A DNA stretch of 64,000 bases from Sedimentisphaerales bacterium (GCA_963666285.1 OY762713.1), one strand, 5' to 3'. Counted from the first letter of the stretch, positions 1 through 10,508 are shown. Numbers and translations: made by a program. Notes: a model not told the origin generated them from the letters alone.

Positions 1-222
1 TCGCTAGTTAGTTATCTAAAGGCAGTACGGTACTATGTTACCGTACTGTTCCTATGTAATTTTGGAAACGAGCATACGCCAGCCATAATATCAGCTCCTA
101 CTTGAAAAGGGGGCCAGTACAAACAGAAAATCTTTCCTTGCTTAAAACGCAAAATAGACTTAAAATAGGGAGATTGGATAGCATGGAAGCTGGCCCCAAT
201 AACGTGATGGACAAGGAAGTTA

Positions 223-1836
223 ATGTCACAACAACACCAATACAATTTTAAGGGTAAGGGACCGACTAATCCTTCATATAGACCGTTATGGCTGAAGTAT
301 TTTCACGAAGGAAATTTCGCTAAAGTCAGACCTTCGGCATGGCGTGTATATTGTTTCCTATTATTCATCTCTGATTATTATACATTTCAGTGTGAAATAT
401 CTCACGAAGAAATTGCCCAATCTTGCGGCTTGTCCAGACAAAGCGTACCTGAACTAACACGAGAGTTAATGCAGGAAAAACTCATTTCTTATCACACACC
501 TAAAGTGCGTCAAAAACTCAGGTATTATCTCACTGTGCCTGAATCAATAGAGCCAGGGCAGGAAGATGTTGTTTATGCCGGTGAGGTAATTGCCAACAAA
601 GAAGTTGACATCCATATAATGGAAAAATCTTCAATTCCAGATAATGTCAGCCTTAAAAGAGAGTTGTTTTTGAACGGTTTTTTTACCTCGTTGGGCCGAG
701 ATCATAGCACTTGGAAAGCCTATTGCAGCTTATTATACAGAGCTGATTTCGGTGATGGCTATTGCTTCCCAGACTATAATCAAATAGCCAAAGATAGCGG
801 AATGAGTCGCAGAACAGTAGTAAAAGTAGTTCAAAATCTGGAAGAATATGGGTTGATTCGCATAAAAAAATGGCGTTCCAAGAACAATAAAATTGTAAAT
901 GGATATTATGTATGGCCATTAGATAAAGAGACTTATATTGTCGAGTGCAAAAAGCCGACAACGAGGAGTGCAAAAAGCCGACAACGGAGAATGCAAAATT
1001 CCGACAACGGGAAATGCAAAAAGCCGACAACTCAGGATGTCGGGAATATGCACCCAAACATTAATCCCATCAATATTAATACCAGCTCTTCTATTGACAC
1101 CGGCAAAGCCGGTGGAGGGGGAGAGGATTTATTTAAAGAACAAATAAAAGAATTCGAGAAATTATTTTACGATTTTACTAAAGTTGCAATTGAACGTTCT
1201 TCTCTGGAAAAGCCTATTTTTCGTAACTGGGTAAAATCCAGATTGGAAACCTACGGATATGAGACCGTGAAATATGTTATATGTAATAATGATAAATTAT
1301 ATACTCTTAAGAGGCTGGATACGTCCTTAAAGAATTATCACACATATTTGCAAGACAGAAAGGAATCTAAAGGTCCAGAACTGACTGGTGCTGAAATCTT
1401 GCTACATAATCAATTGAAAATAAACGCTTATACTGAAATGCTGGAAGATCAGCCTGAGAATCAGTCTATTCAAGGCCAGATCAACAAATTAGCAAAAATC
1501 ATAGGAAAGCAGCAATTGACATATCCCGAAAAATTGCCTACAGCCCAACAGATTGAAGTTTGTAAGAAACTCGAAGAGTATTATACCAAACAGGCCCAGC
1601 GTGGATATAAGCCTGAGCATAAAAGTATTAAGACAGCAATTAGCGGCCATAGAATCAAGTTGGAAGGGCAGTTGGAACAGGAGACTAACCCGGTTTTTCA
1701 ACTGGAACAGAAACGCAGGTTGTTTGAAGGATATGAGCAGAAAGTTCAGGAAAATCCAAATGGGAGCATTCTTTTTAGACCTGCTATGAATCGTCTGAAA
1801 AAAGATATTGAGGAATTGGAAAGACAGGGATATTAG
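223..1836 (+). CDS. Replication initiator-like protein with two tandem winged-HTH (HTH_36-like) domains
   Basis: Two copies of W(R/K)xYCxLL...IAxxxG(L/M)SRxxV (aa ~40-95 and ~165-230), e.g. YCFPDYNQIAKDSGMSRRTVVKVVQNLEEYGLI; iteron array inside the gene. Confidence 0.7.
   Translation: MSQQHQYNFKGKGPTNPSYRPLWLKYFHEGNFAKVRPSAWRVYCFLLFISDYYTFQCEISHEEIAQSCGLSRQSVPELTRELMQEKLISYHTPKVRQKLRYYLTVPESIEPGQEDVVYAGEVIANKEVDIHIMEKSSIPDNVSLKRELFLNGFFTSLGRDHSTWKAYCSLLYRADFGDGYCFPDYNQIAKDSGMSRRTVVKVVQNLEEYGLIRIKKWRSKNNKIVNGYYVWPLDKETYIVECKKPTTRSAKSRQRRMQNSDNGKCKKPTTQDVGNMHPNINPININTSSSIDTGKAGGGGEDLFKEQIKEFEKLFYDFTKVAIERSSLEKPIFRNWVKSRLETYGYETVKYVICNNDKLYTLKRLDTSLKNYHTYLQDRKESKGPELTGAEILLHNQLKINAYTEMLEDQPENQSIQGQINKLAKIIGKQQLTYPEKLPTAQQIEVCKKLEEYYTKQAQRGYKPEHKSIKTAISGHRIKLEGQLEQETNPVFQLEQKRRLFEGYEQKVQENPNGSILFRPAMNRLKKDIEELERQGY
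946..1052. repeat. Iteron array, probable replication origin
   Basis: TGCAAAA(AG/TT)CCGACAAC at 946, 969, 992 and 1015 (23-bp period) plus an inverted degenerate copy at 1036-1052. Confidence 0.85.
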
Positions 1837-2240
1837 CCGTAAATTCTGATTTTCAGGACATTGAATACAGCCAGTAGGGTAGAAAACTGAATATCTCTTT
1901 CTGGTTTATTCAGCCAGGCAAGTATGGTTGCCCGGCTTACGCCAGCCTGATCCGCAAGGGTGTCAAAGGTTATGCCCTTGTTTTTTCTTCTGTTCTGGAC
2001 CATTTCTTTGACTTCTGATATGTTTTCAGGTGTGGTGTTTTCTACTCTTATTCTTATTTTTAACACGTCAAATATAGCAAATATTGTACCAAACTGAATA
2101 TCTCTCTTGTCGCTTAGCCAGTAGAAAATAGTTGATCTTACTACTTCAGCGGCAATTGCCAGATCATCAACAGACATGCCTTTACTGGCTATTCTATTGC
2201 GTACCATATTTTGAATATCTGATATTGTCTGATTGTTCAT
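1833..2240 (-). CDS. XRE/Cro-like regulator with two tandem HTH domains
   Basis: Internal duplication: IS(D/E)xxxMVxNR...KG...LA..A.V.R.TI..WL...RDIQF.T..A.F.VLKIRI occurs twice. Confidence 0.8.
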   Translation of the reverse strand: MNNQTISDIQNMVRNRIASKGMSVDDLAIAAEVVRSTIFYWLSDKRDIQFGTIFAIFDVLKIRIRVENTTPENISEVKEMVQNRRKNKGITFDTLADQAGVSRATILAWLNKPERDIQFSTLLAVFNVLKIRIYG

Positions 2241-2363
2241 GTATTGACTCTATTTGTAAAAAATCCCGGAAGGTCAACAAGACCAACCGGGTATATAACC
2301 GCCAGCCGAAGCTGGCAAAAAGGCTCGTCAGCCTTAATATAATATGGTATTATTCTAATATGG

Positions 2364-3038
2364 TCAACCTTGCCTTTCATCAGGTATCTGTAATGTTTCA
2401 AGTTCCTTGATTCTATTGAACTCAAATCCGACTACATCCCGCCTGCTATTGAAATAGGCTTTAATGACAGTTTTTTCTTCAGTACTAAGTGAATTTCCTG
2501 CATAAAAGAACCTGGCATATATTCCGTTACAATTTGCCAGATCGTCAGTGTAGTATAGATCACGGTCATTGTTAAGTTTAATTATTCCGCTTGGTCTGGC
2601 ATAGTTTATGTCCAGTATATCACAATCCGGGAAAAAATGTGTTTGCCATGCGATATTGTTATCATTGTGTTGGTCAACAATCATATCGAAATATTTAAAA
2701 TCTATCTTAAATCCTTTCTCTCCTTTCCAGACTAGCTCTATGGACCTTATGAAATCATCGAATACAACTTTTATCTCATCTTTTTTTCCAATAGTAAAGG
2801 CTGGTTGTGCAGCAAAGCAGTCCCAGCCAAACATTGAACCTTCGATCATGGCTGTGATCTGTTCGGCAGTTAATCCCAGGCGTGCATTATTCTTTTGCAT
2901 AATCCCTTTTGCTTCCAGCCCGGTTATTGGTTTTCCGGTTTCTGGATCACTCAACTTGATATAGCCTTTTTCGCCACGAACAATTTGTATAAGTTCGCCT
3001 GTAATCTCTGATATTGCATAACAAATTGTATTATTCAT
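2364..3038 (-). CDS. Hypothetical mobile-element protein (N-terminal GSMFGW-motif domain)
   Basis: 224-aa ORF with AAGGA RBS; TGELIxIxRGExGY...AMxxGSMFGW pattern recalled from phage/conjugative-element proteins. Confidence 0.6.
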   Translation of the reverse strand: MNNTICYAISEITGELIQIVRGEKGYIKLSDPETGKPITGLEAKGIMQKNNARLGLTAEQITAMIEGSMFGWDCFAAQPAFTIGKKDEIKVVFDDFIRSIELVWKGEKGFKIDFKYFDMIVDQHNDNNIAWQTHFFPDCDILDINYARPSGIIKLNNDRDLYYTDDLANCNGIYARFFYAGNSLSTEEKTVIKAYFNSRRDVVGFEFNRIKELETLQIPDERQG

Positions 3039-3093
3039 TATCGAATTTCCTTTTATAAAAAATTCCGGGGACCGGAAGTCCCCGGAATAGATG

Positions 3094-3288
3094 TTAATAA
3101 CCTTCTCTGATTCTTAGATAGTTATCGCAGGTATCACAATAACCGTCTTTGAGTTGATCTTCTGTCCAATCTTTGCACATTTCACACTGATTTAAGCCTA
3201 CCTCGTCAATACAGTTTTGACAGGCATTACTTTCGGCAGGTTTACCGCACCAGTGACAGGTATTGTCTGTTATCATACTGCACCTCAT
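3094..3288 (-). CDS. Small Cys-rich zinc-finger-like protein
   Basis: Four CxxC pairs in ~60 aa; overlaps the stop of the upstream ORF. Confidence 0.55.
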   Translation of the reverse strand: MRCSMITDNTCHWCGKPAESNACQNCIDEVGLNQCEMCKDWTEDQLKDGYCDTCDNYLRIREGY

Positions 3289-3488
3289 ATAGACTTTTGA
3301 TTTAGTTCACATTCAACGATATGGATACTGTCTTCTCCGTAGGGAGATTCAAAAACACCCGGCAATATGGTGTGTTCAGTATATTCTGAATGTTCATCAG
3401 CGATATATTGACGAGCTGCATTTTCTGTTGAAAATGCTCCAAGTACAAGCTTTGCAGTTAATAGAGATGAAACAACATATACTATCAT
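3285..3488 (-). CDS. Hypothetical phage protein
   Basis: 67-aa ORF coupled to both neighbours; VLGAFSTENAA pattern common in small phage ORFs. Confidence 0.55.
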   Translation of the reverse strand: MIVYVVSSLLTAKLVLGAFSTENAARQYIADEHSEYTEHTILPGVFESPYGEDSIHIVECELNQKSI

Positions 3489-3931
3489 TATTCCACCTCC
3501 TTTATATCCAATTGAGTTTTTAGTTCATCTACAAGCTGTTGGTGAGTTATCCCTTCTCTGCGATTAGCGGTATAATACTGTTTGCCATATCTCAAATAGT
3601 AAGCATAGATGTTATGGAACATTGCTTCCTCTAATCTGAAACTTTCAAAGAGGTTATCACCTTGCCAGTCAGCAGGGGGGAGAACTTCAAGCATTTCGGT
3701 CCATTTTTCTTCTTTGATCTCTTCCCAGGGATGGATATATTCTTTGTTTTCATCTTCTGTCAGCATTCCAAATATATAATCCCAATCATCTGAGATAATA
3801 TAATTTGGATTTTCTTTCAGGAAATCATCTCTAGTTTTTCCTGAATAGATACACTTACCGCCGCGCATTGCTGTGATAAGTACGGGGCTTCCCGGTTCGT
3901 ACACGAACTCTTCTTTTTTTGTATTTTCCAT
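3488..3931 (-). CDS. DUF1419-like protein
   Basis: WEEIKEEKWTEMLEVLPP...F...E motif; AGAAAGGA RBS. Confidence 0.6.
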   Translation of the reverse strand: MENTKKEEFVYEPGSPVLITAMRGGKCIYSGKTRDDFLKENPNYIISDDWDYIFGMLTEDENKEYIHPWEEIKEEKWTEMLEVLPPADWQGDNLFESFRLEEAMFHNIYAYYLRYGKQYYTANRREGITHQQLVDELKTQLDIKEVE

Positions 3932-4492
3932 TTTAGTAAATCCTTTCTTGCCGAATGGCAGGTTATATATTTGCGAATCTCTAATTTATTCGCCTAATTA
4001 AATATAGTCTATCATTGACGACAAGGCAAATGTAAAATATAAAAACTATCTGCGATGGTTGTAAACGCTATTTGTTTTATATTGTGATATAGTGCGTGTA
4101 TAAGCGTATTTTATGAAAAAACCGGTTTTGAATATAGGAAAATTAAGAGTAAATATATTTGAAAATATAATGATGGTTTGAAATTTAAACCCACAATTAT
4201 TACAAGATTTATTCTAAGTGTTATTTGACAAGGAGATGCCACGAGACCTCGTGGTCTTGAATCGTGGTCGGACGGCGGTGTTTTGCGGGGTATGGCAAAA
4301 ATAGTCTGGTTCGTGGTCCAGAGCGGTAGGTGTCAGGGTGTATCGGGTTCTCGTGTGTATGATTTTTAGCTCTTTGTGCAATTGTAATTGCAGATAGGGG
4401 GCAAATGTTCGCCTTTTGAAATTCCATGTTGTATTTCTGAGTATGGGTAGAGCGTTTTACCTAGAACCGTTAATTATAAATCAGGAGCAAAG

Positions 4493-5053
4493 ATGTATCA
4501 GGATACACTGAAAGAGAGTTTCAAAGAGTTGTTCAAAGCTAGTGAACAGACCACGAAATTAACCACATATAATTCAGGCGTAGAAGGTGCAATTTATCCC
4601 GGATCAGCTATAAAAGCCGCTGATATTAAGGACAATATCCCGGCAATTATGGGAAATGTTAATGGTGCAAATCGAATTACAATTCAGGGTATGGGGAAGA
4701 TAGCGGGCGATCTGACAGGCAGTAATATCACCAACAAGTATTTTGATGTGATGTTATATGCCAGATCGTCCGGTAGTGGTTTAGTACCGTTACAGGAGCT
4801 TAGATTCACTCTCGGCGCTGCAGTTCAGAGAGCAGATGATAGCTCGAAATGGTATGTCTGCAATAAAGTTGCTCTTTTGAAGCCATATTGCAATCGCAAG
4901 ATTGAGATCAATGGCTGTGACGGGGATAAGGTTATAGCAGGAGCAACCGCCGAATTGTCTTTTGATATGCAGGGAGCGCAGCAAATCTACCCTGAATACA
5001 AATTAACAGGTGGTAATTGCGAGGATGCGCAGCTTCGTATTCGATTCTGGTAA
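4493..5053 (+). CDS. Hypothetical protein, first gene of the late operon
   Basis: 186-aa ORF with AGGAG RBS. Confidence 0.65.
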   Translation: MYQDTLKESFKELFKASEQTTKLTTYNSGVEGAIYPGSAIKAADIKDNIPAIMGNVNGANRITIQGMGKIAGDLTGSNITNKYFDVMLYARSSGSGLVPLQELRFTLGAAVQRADDSSKWYVCNKVALLKPYCNRKIEINGCDGDKVIAGATAELSFDMQGAQQIYPEYKLTGGNCEDAQLRIRFW

Positions 5054-5086
5054 CGATAAACACGAGTATTTTTATTTTCTGTCCAC

Positions 5087-5127
5087 AACTAATCAGTTGT
5101 CACGGAGTATGTGACAACTGATTAGTT
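5087..5127. promoter_or_regulatory. Perfect 17-bp inverted repeat directly before the portal gene
   Basis: AACTAATCAGTTGTCAC-GGAGTAT-GTGACAACTGATTAGTT. Confidence 0.7.
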
Positions 5128-5137
5128 TTAACAAACT

Positions 5138-7369
5138 ATGAACCAACAAAATCAGACAAATCGAAGTATATTATCATCTCTAAAGAACTTTGCCGGGGCT
5201 GGCCGTGACGCTTTGCGGGCCAGTATGGACAAGTTTGCATCGGTTAAGAAGAATACTTATCGTGAGGATGATAAACTCAACCAGATGCTGGACCAGTTGA
5301 TAACTGCCGGGGAAGGATCGGCCCGTCAGTTCTGGCAAATGGGCAGAGATGCACTGAGATATATCTACGGTGACCAGAACTTCAGGAGGGCGCAGGATAA
5401 AAAGACCCGGCAGCCTGTTTTGAATCAGATTTTCGGCGATATGATACAGGAAATCGCCTTACTTTCTGCTAATAATCCAACTATAGCGGCCCAGCCCTGG
5501 GAAGGAACAGCCCCGGAAATCGCCCAAAGATGTGGAACGGCAGTACGCCGCAATATGGTCCACAACCGAATGCGTATGCGTATTATTCAGGCATTGCTTG
5601 ATGACCATATATGGGGTGTGAAGGTTGCTAAAACGTACATTGAACCCTTTGCACAATGGGATGAAGAGCAATTTCAGCAAACAGGTTATGGTTGGAAGCA
5701 TGAAATTCGTACCCGGATAATGAATCCATGCAATTTCGGCATGGACCCGAATCTGACAAATGCCTTTGACATGCAGCAGGATGCGACTTTTGTGTGGTCA
5801 AGGCGGTTTGTAGATACCAAATATGCCTTATTTCGCTATCCGGCGTACAAGCGTTATTTGATTGAGAACGGCAGATATGATGAGGCCAATGAGGTACTCC
5901 TGGACAATAACGGTAAGCCTGTTGGTGTTCCAGGCAGTGTTTATGCTGGTTTTGCTGCTGACAGCCGTTATGGAGGTCGTGAGAGCGACCGCAGACGGGC
6001 ATCAGATAGAGAATTGCAGCAGCGATTAGCCGATCTGCTGCTTGGCAACTTTCCCGGTGTTGATGTTAATGCTGCCGAGAGTGCCAAAGCTACCGATCAG
6101 ACTGTGCTTGTAGAAGAATTTTTCGTTCGGGATGGTTCACAGCAGGAGATACCAGCCGAAACAGAAGAAATCCCATTCGGTGAAAATGGTGCAGAGCATA
6201 TCTTCCAGAACCAGGGCGATCCAGCCTTTTATGATCGCAATAAGCCGGTTGAAGGTGGTGGATTTGAGCCATTCAGCGGAGATTGGCCCAGACGTGAAAC
6301 CAAACCGGCCCAGAATCGCCCAAAATACCCGTATGGCAGACTTATAACAAGATTGGACCGCAAGGTCATAGTTCAGGATCAGCCCTGGGAGATGAGACGC
6401 TGGCCTTATTCTGTTGCTCCCGGTTATTTGCTTCCACATACATGGCATGGGCTGAATTGTGTGGAACTGGTACGAGAATATCAGGACTATCAAAACGATA
6501 TGGCCCGGATTATGGCAAATTACATCGAAGGCTATGGCAATCCACGCACAATGGTCGAGGATGGTGCATTATCCAAACATGCCAAAACTAATAGCAGGGG
6601 ACAGGGAATTATCCCGAAAGGGCCGGGGGCAGTCATTCCAGTATCAAAAGGCAGAATGGACGGTATTAAACCGTTTGAACCGCCATCAATTCCGGGTGAG
6701 GTCTTGAACTATCTGTCTATCATGCACGATAGGCAACAAGATACCAACGGTGTCCACGATGTCAGCAGGGGCCGTGCTTCAGATGGTGAGCAAACATTAG
6801 GTGAAATTCAGGCATTAGACCGCAATAGCCGCCAGAGAATCGCTATGCAGGGTATATCTCTGGATATGTGGCTCACTGAAATAGCCCGTAATATCGTCGA
6901 GTTCATGGCAACATTTAACAAACCGGGTGATTATCTCGAATATGTCTCGGATGATCTGGAAGATCAGCAGCAGGCCGTCCTTATGTGGACAGAGGCTATG
7001 AAGAAAGCTCGCTACGATGTCCAGATCAAGCCTACAAGTACCATGCCTTACGATGATGAACGAGAAGTTCAGAAGCTTTTAATGGCTAATGATATTGTCT
7101 CTGGCGGTGGAATCATGGCAAAAGAGATACTTGAAAAGCTGAAAATCCCCAACTCAGATGAGATTTTACAACGCCATGAAATCTTAGGACCGCTGCACCA
7201 GTTGATCGAGATCGCAAAACAGATGCAAATCCCCCAGGAAGTTCTAATGCAGGCATTAGTCCAGAAGTTACAGGAGATCGATATGCAGATGCAGCAGGCG
7301 GCAATGGCCCAGAAACAGCAGGAACAACAGGCAAATGGCAAGCAACAGGGGCCAGTACGCCCAAATTGA
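5138..7369 (+). CDS. Portal protein (P22/N4-like)
   Basis: 743 aa, RRWPYS...WHGLNCVELVREYQ, GVHDVSRGR, Gln-rich C-terminus, upstream of scaffold and capsid. Confidence 0.8.
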   Translation: MNQQNQTNRSILSSLKNFAGAGRDALRASMDKFASVKKNTYREDDKLNQMLDQLITAGEGSARQFWQMGRDALRYIYGDQNFRRAQDKKTRQPVLNQIFGDMIQEIALLSANNPTIAAQPWEGTAPEIAQRCGTAVRRNMVHNRMRMRIIQALLDDHIWGVKVAKTYIEPFAQWDEEQFQQTGYGWKHEIRTRIMNPCNFGMDPNLTNAFDMQQDATFVWSRRFVDTKYALFRYPAYKRYLIENGRYDEANEVLLDNNGKPVGVPGSVYAGFAADSRYGGRESDRRRASDRELQQRLADLLLGNFPGVDVNAAESAKATDQTVLVEEFFVRDGSQQEIPAETEEIPFGENGAEHIFQNQGDPAFYDRNKPVEGGGFEPFSGDWPRRETKPAQNRPKYPYGRLITRLDRKVIVQDQPWEMRRWPYSVAPGYLLPHTWHGLNCVELVREYQDYQNDMARIMANYIEGYGNPRTMVEDGALSKHAKTNSRGQGIIPKGPGAVIPVSKGRMDGIKPFEPPSIPGEVLNYLSIMHDRQQDTNGVHDVSRGRASDGEQTLGEIQALDRNSRQRIAMQGISLDMWLTEIARNIVEFMATFNKPGDYLEYVSDDLEDQQQAVLMWTEAMKKARYDVQIKPTSTMPYDDEREVQKLLMANDIVSGGGIMAKEILEKLKIPNSDEILQRHEILGPLHQLIEIAKQMQIPQEVLMQALVQKLQEIDMQMQQAAMAQKQQEQQANGKQQGPVRPN

Positions 7370-7526
7370 TGAGGATAGTTACGAATTTCAGGAGCGATTG
7401 GCAATCCTTCAGGTAGAAAACCCTGATATGCACTTATGCCATGCCCTGAATAAAGCTCGAAAGGAAATAGCTGCCCGGCAGGAAGCTTATGAAGATCATC
7501 CTAAACGGCAGCGAGAGGTTAGATAA

Positions 7527-8225
7527 ATGCAGAATAGTACACAACCACCAACAGTATCGTTAGTAAAGCCGACAATCGTACCGCAGGATTATATTTCGTT
7601 GTGGCGGCGTAATATGCTAACTGGTCACAACATGAAATCAGCCCGGAAACTGGCAATAGCACAGTTTCAAGAGCAGTTCCCGGACATTCTTCTGGATGTG
7701 GGGCAGATACCGCGCAATATCGCAGAGTGTATCAGCCCGGACGATGCGGCAAAACTCACTTCTGATGATGCTATGGTCCAATCCTTGATGGAAGATGAGT
7801 TGGCATTTGCTGATTTCATAATACCGCAGGTGGAAAAGGCTGGCAGTATCGATGCCGTGATAGAGGTTTTGAATCTGTCAGATGATACTATCCAGCGAGT
7901 GCAGAATACATATCGAAATATCACAGGGGCCGCATCTTGCGACACTAAAAAAACATCGGACCAGCCGGAAAGTGCTGAGAGCCAGGCTGGAGAGTGCGAC
8001 GAAGATGACGGCCCTTGTATTTCTGATGAAGAGGAAGAACAGCAGGAAGAAGAAAATCATCAACCTGTTGATATAGGAGCTGAGAAACAAGCCGCAATGC
8101 AGGTCGAATATGACGATCTGGCGGCTAAATGGCTCAAGAAAGATGGAGATTTCACAGCAAAGGCAAGCGGTAAAATCCGTCAGCGGATAATCGAGCTGCG
8201 TGAGGTGCTGGAAATCAGAGTTTAG
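7527..8225 (+). CDS. Hypothetical acidic protein in head module
   Basis: 232-aa ORF with GAGG RBS. Confidence 0.65.
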   Translation: MQNSTQPPTVSLVKPTIVPQDYISLWRRNMLTGHNMKSARKLAIAQFQEQFPDILLDVGQIPRNIAECISPDDAAKLTSDDAMVQSLMEDELAFADFIIPQVEKAGSIDAVIEVLNLSDDTIQRVQNTYRNITGAASCDTKKTSDQPESAESQAGECDEDDGPCISDEEEEQQEEENHQPVDIGAEKQAAMQVEYDDLAAKWLKKDGDFTAKASGKIRQRIIELREVLEIRV

Positions 8226-8375
8226 TTTAATGTTACACCAATGCAGTTGAAGAGCATCTACCAGCGGGCTATGGCTTTCCGGTAGTAAATCGAGACCAGC
8301 AGAGGGTGTTTTTGTAATAGTTCTTTATATCGCCGATGGCGGGCTATGTGCTTACCAGCCGGGGAAGGAGACAGA

Positions 8376-9251
8376 ATGTTTAATTTTGAAAGCGATTGGA
8401 CACAATCGAAACTATCAGGCAGGTATAGCATATTTCGTGGTATGGGCGGTGGAATGATGCGTTATCGTCATTCAGAACAGGATGGCGGCGGCGGTTCCGG
8501 CGGCAAAGATAGCGAAAACCAGTCCGAAAATAACGGGGAAGATACTAATTCGACAGATAATGGCGGTGACTCTAAACAATGGGATAAAGACCGTCAGTAT
8601 AAAAACGAGGTTAAGGGGCTTAATAAGAAAGTGTGGGAATTGCAGACCGACTATGACGATCTGGCAAGCCAGCACCAACAGGCCCAATCCCGTATAGCCG
8701 AATTAGAGAGTCAGTCGGGGGGTAATACATCTAAATTATCCGCTGAAGACCTGGAAGATTATAACAAGGCAACTGAAGTAATAGTCGAACTGAACGAGAA
8801 GATGGGCAGGATGGAGCGAGAGAACAGCGATTTGAAGAAACAAACCGCTTCGCTTCAGGAGATGCTTCATCAAACACATCGTCAGCAGGCTACCCAGCAG
8901 GGCGAGAAATGGCTCAATGATATGTGTGCCGAACTCGAACGAGAGGGCTTCAGTAAGGGTAGTCGTAATAAGGTGCTGCAAGAGATCGAGCAGGCGGTTA
9001 CAGGTACAAAAGGATTTGGAAAAATGCCGCTTGAGACTCGCAGAGAGCTTATGAAAAAGCAGGCCCGGCTCAGTTATATGACTCTTGAACGTGAAGGCGG
9101 TGGTAATTCTGATAAGCAGAATAACAACAGCAGCCATGTAAAAAATAGTGCTATTTTAGACTCTGCCAGTGGCGATTATGGCCAACCAGCGATCAAAGAA
9201 GGTACGCTGGACGAAGTGTTAGAGCAGATGAAAGCAGCGGGCGGCGGTTAA
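8376..9251 (+). CDS. Putative capsid scaffolding protein
   Basis: Low-complexity N-terminus and coiled coil, directly before the capsid gene; start placed after AAGGAG. Confidence 0.6.
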   Translation: MFNFESDWTQSKLSGRYSIFRGMGGGMMRYRHSEQDGGGGSGGKDSENQSENNGEDTNSTDNGGDSKQWDKDRQYKNEVKGLNKKVWELQTDYDDLASQHQQAQSRIAELESQSGGNTSKLSAEDLEDYNKATEVIVELNEKMGRMERENSDLKKQTASLQEMLHQTHRQQATQQGEKWLNDMCAELEREGFSKGSRNKVLQEIEQAVTGTKGFGKMPLETRRELMKKQARLSYMTLEREGGGNSDKQNNNSSHVKNSAILDSASGDYGQPAIKEGTLDEVLEQMKAAGGG

Positions 9252-9314
9252 TACCGTAAAGTCCGGTCATCTCAATAACAGTCAGTAAGCCAGCTACCTG
9301 GGAAGGATAGCTAA

Positions 9315-10508
9315 ATGGCTGTTACACAAGGTGAATCCAATCTCGCGATAGCAACCCGCGAAGCATTGGAGAAGAGTTGGAAAGCCCAACTCGCAATGAA
9401 GAATGGATTATACACAAGGTTGCTGGAACGTACCCAGTTTACTGCTGGTTTGAAATTTGAACAGATTAACCAGATGGACGATTACTACGCCTTGGCGCAG
9501 GAATACGGCCCTAATACCCCGACAGTGGGTGGTCGTAAAGACTTCCTTGCTAAAGCGGGCTGGAATGTAGCGTTTATCAGGGTTCCAATTGAAACCAAAA
9601 TCGATGAAAAGATCAAGAATAAGCCTAAAGGCGATCATCAGCTTATCAATCTGGCAGGTTTACATAGCCGCATGGCTCTGGATGCCCTCAAGAAGAAGCT
9701 TATCGCAAGAACTTACTCTTGTGCCGGTGATGTCGAATGGGATGAAGGCCATACAAATGTTCAGGGCCTTTGTTCGGCACTACTTAGTCCGAGGGCTATC
9801 AGTAAGCATCCTGATAACCCTGCTGTCAGCCGTAATACAGAACATAATTTATTCTATTATGGTGGCCTTGATAGAGGTCTTGACCGCAATAGAATGTGGC
9901 TCAGTGCCGATGATGAGAACATTTTTAGCGAGGTTGTACTTAATAAGACTGTTCTGGACGAATGGATTGACGCTTGTAATGAAAACAGCGAAACATCCAA
10001 CGGCGATCTGATAATCATTGTAGGTTATAAACTGTTCAATGGCCTTAAACGTATCCTGGAAATGTCGCAGATTCAGACTGTAACTGGTTCTGAAAGTGTT
10101 ATAAATCAGGGTTTCGACCGCATGATCTATAACGATGTGGAGATTATCAAAGACCCATATCTGTCACACATGACTAAATGGGGGCTGGATAGCAAGGTCC
10201 GCAGCGATAATTCCATTAAGGATAGCAACGGCAGGGCGCAGGGCTTATGCGGTGATCTAACAGTGAATGGGACAAACGGTGATAACTTCCTGTTTATCCT
10301 TAATCTGAAAACATGGCGTATTCGCTATTGGGGTGATCCGGATGCACAGCAGTCAAGTGAAGGACCGTTTGAAGTGACAGACTTCTTCGACCAGTCTCAA
10401 GTTAAAGGCGGCGTGGAAGAGGATCTCGCACACGTTAAGTTCAGAGGTAATCTGACTTGCGAAAGTCCTGTTAATAACATGATGCGTGCAAATGTATTGT
10501 GTGCATAA
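9315..10508 (+). CDS. Major capsid protein
   Basis: 397 aa, strong RBS, follows scaffold; GFDRMIYNDVEIIKDP...LFILN...GNLTC pattern recalled from podoviral capsids. Confidence 0.75.
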   Translation: MAVTQGESNLAIATREALEKSWKAQLAMKNGLYTRLLERTQFTAGLKFEQINQMDDYYALAQEYGPNTPTVGGRKDFLAKAGWNVAFIRVPIETKIDEKIKNKPKGDHQLINLAGLHSRMALDALKKKLIARTYSCAGDVEWDEGHTNVQGLCSALLSPRAISKHPDNPAVSRNTEHNLFYYGGLDRGLDRNRMWLSADDENIFSEVVLNKTVLDEWIDACNENSETSNGDLIIIVGYKLFNGLKRILEMSQIQTVTGSESVINQGFDRMIYNDVEIIKDPYLSHMTKWGLDSKVRSDNSIKDSNGRAQGLCGDLTVNGTNGDNFLFILNLKTWRIRYWGDPDAQQSSEGPFEVTDFFDQSQVKGGVEEDLAHVKFRGNLTCESPVNNMMRANVLCA

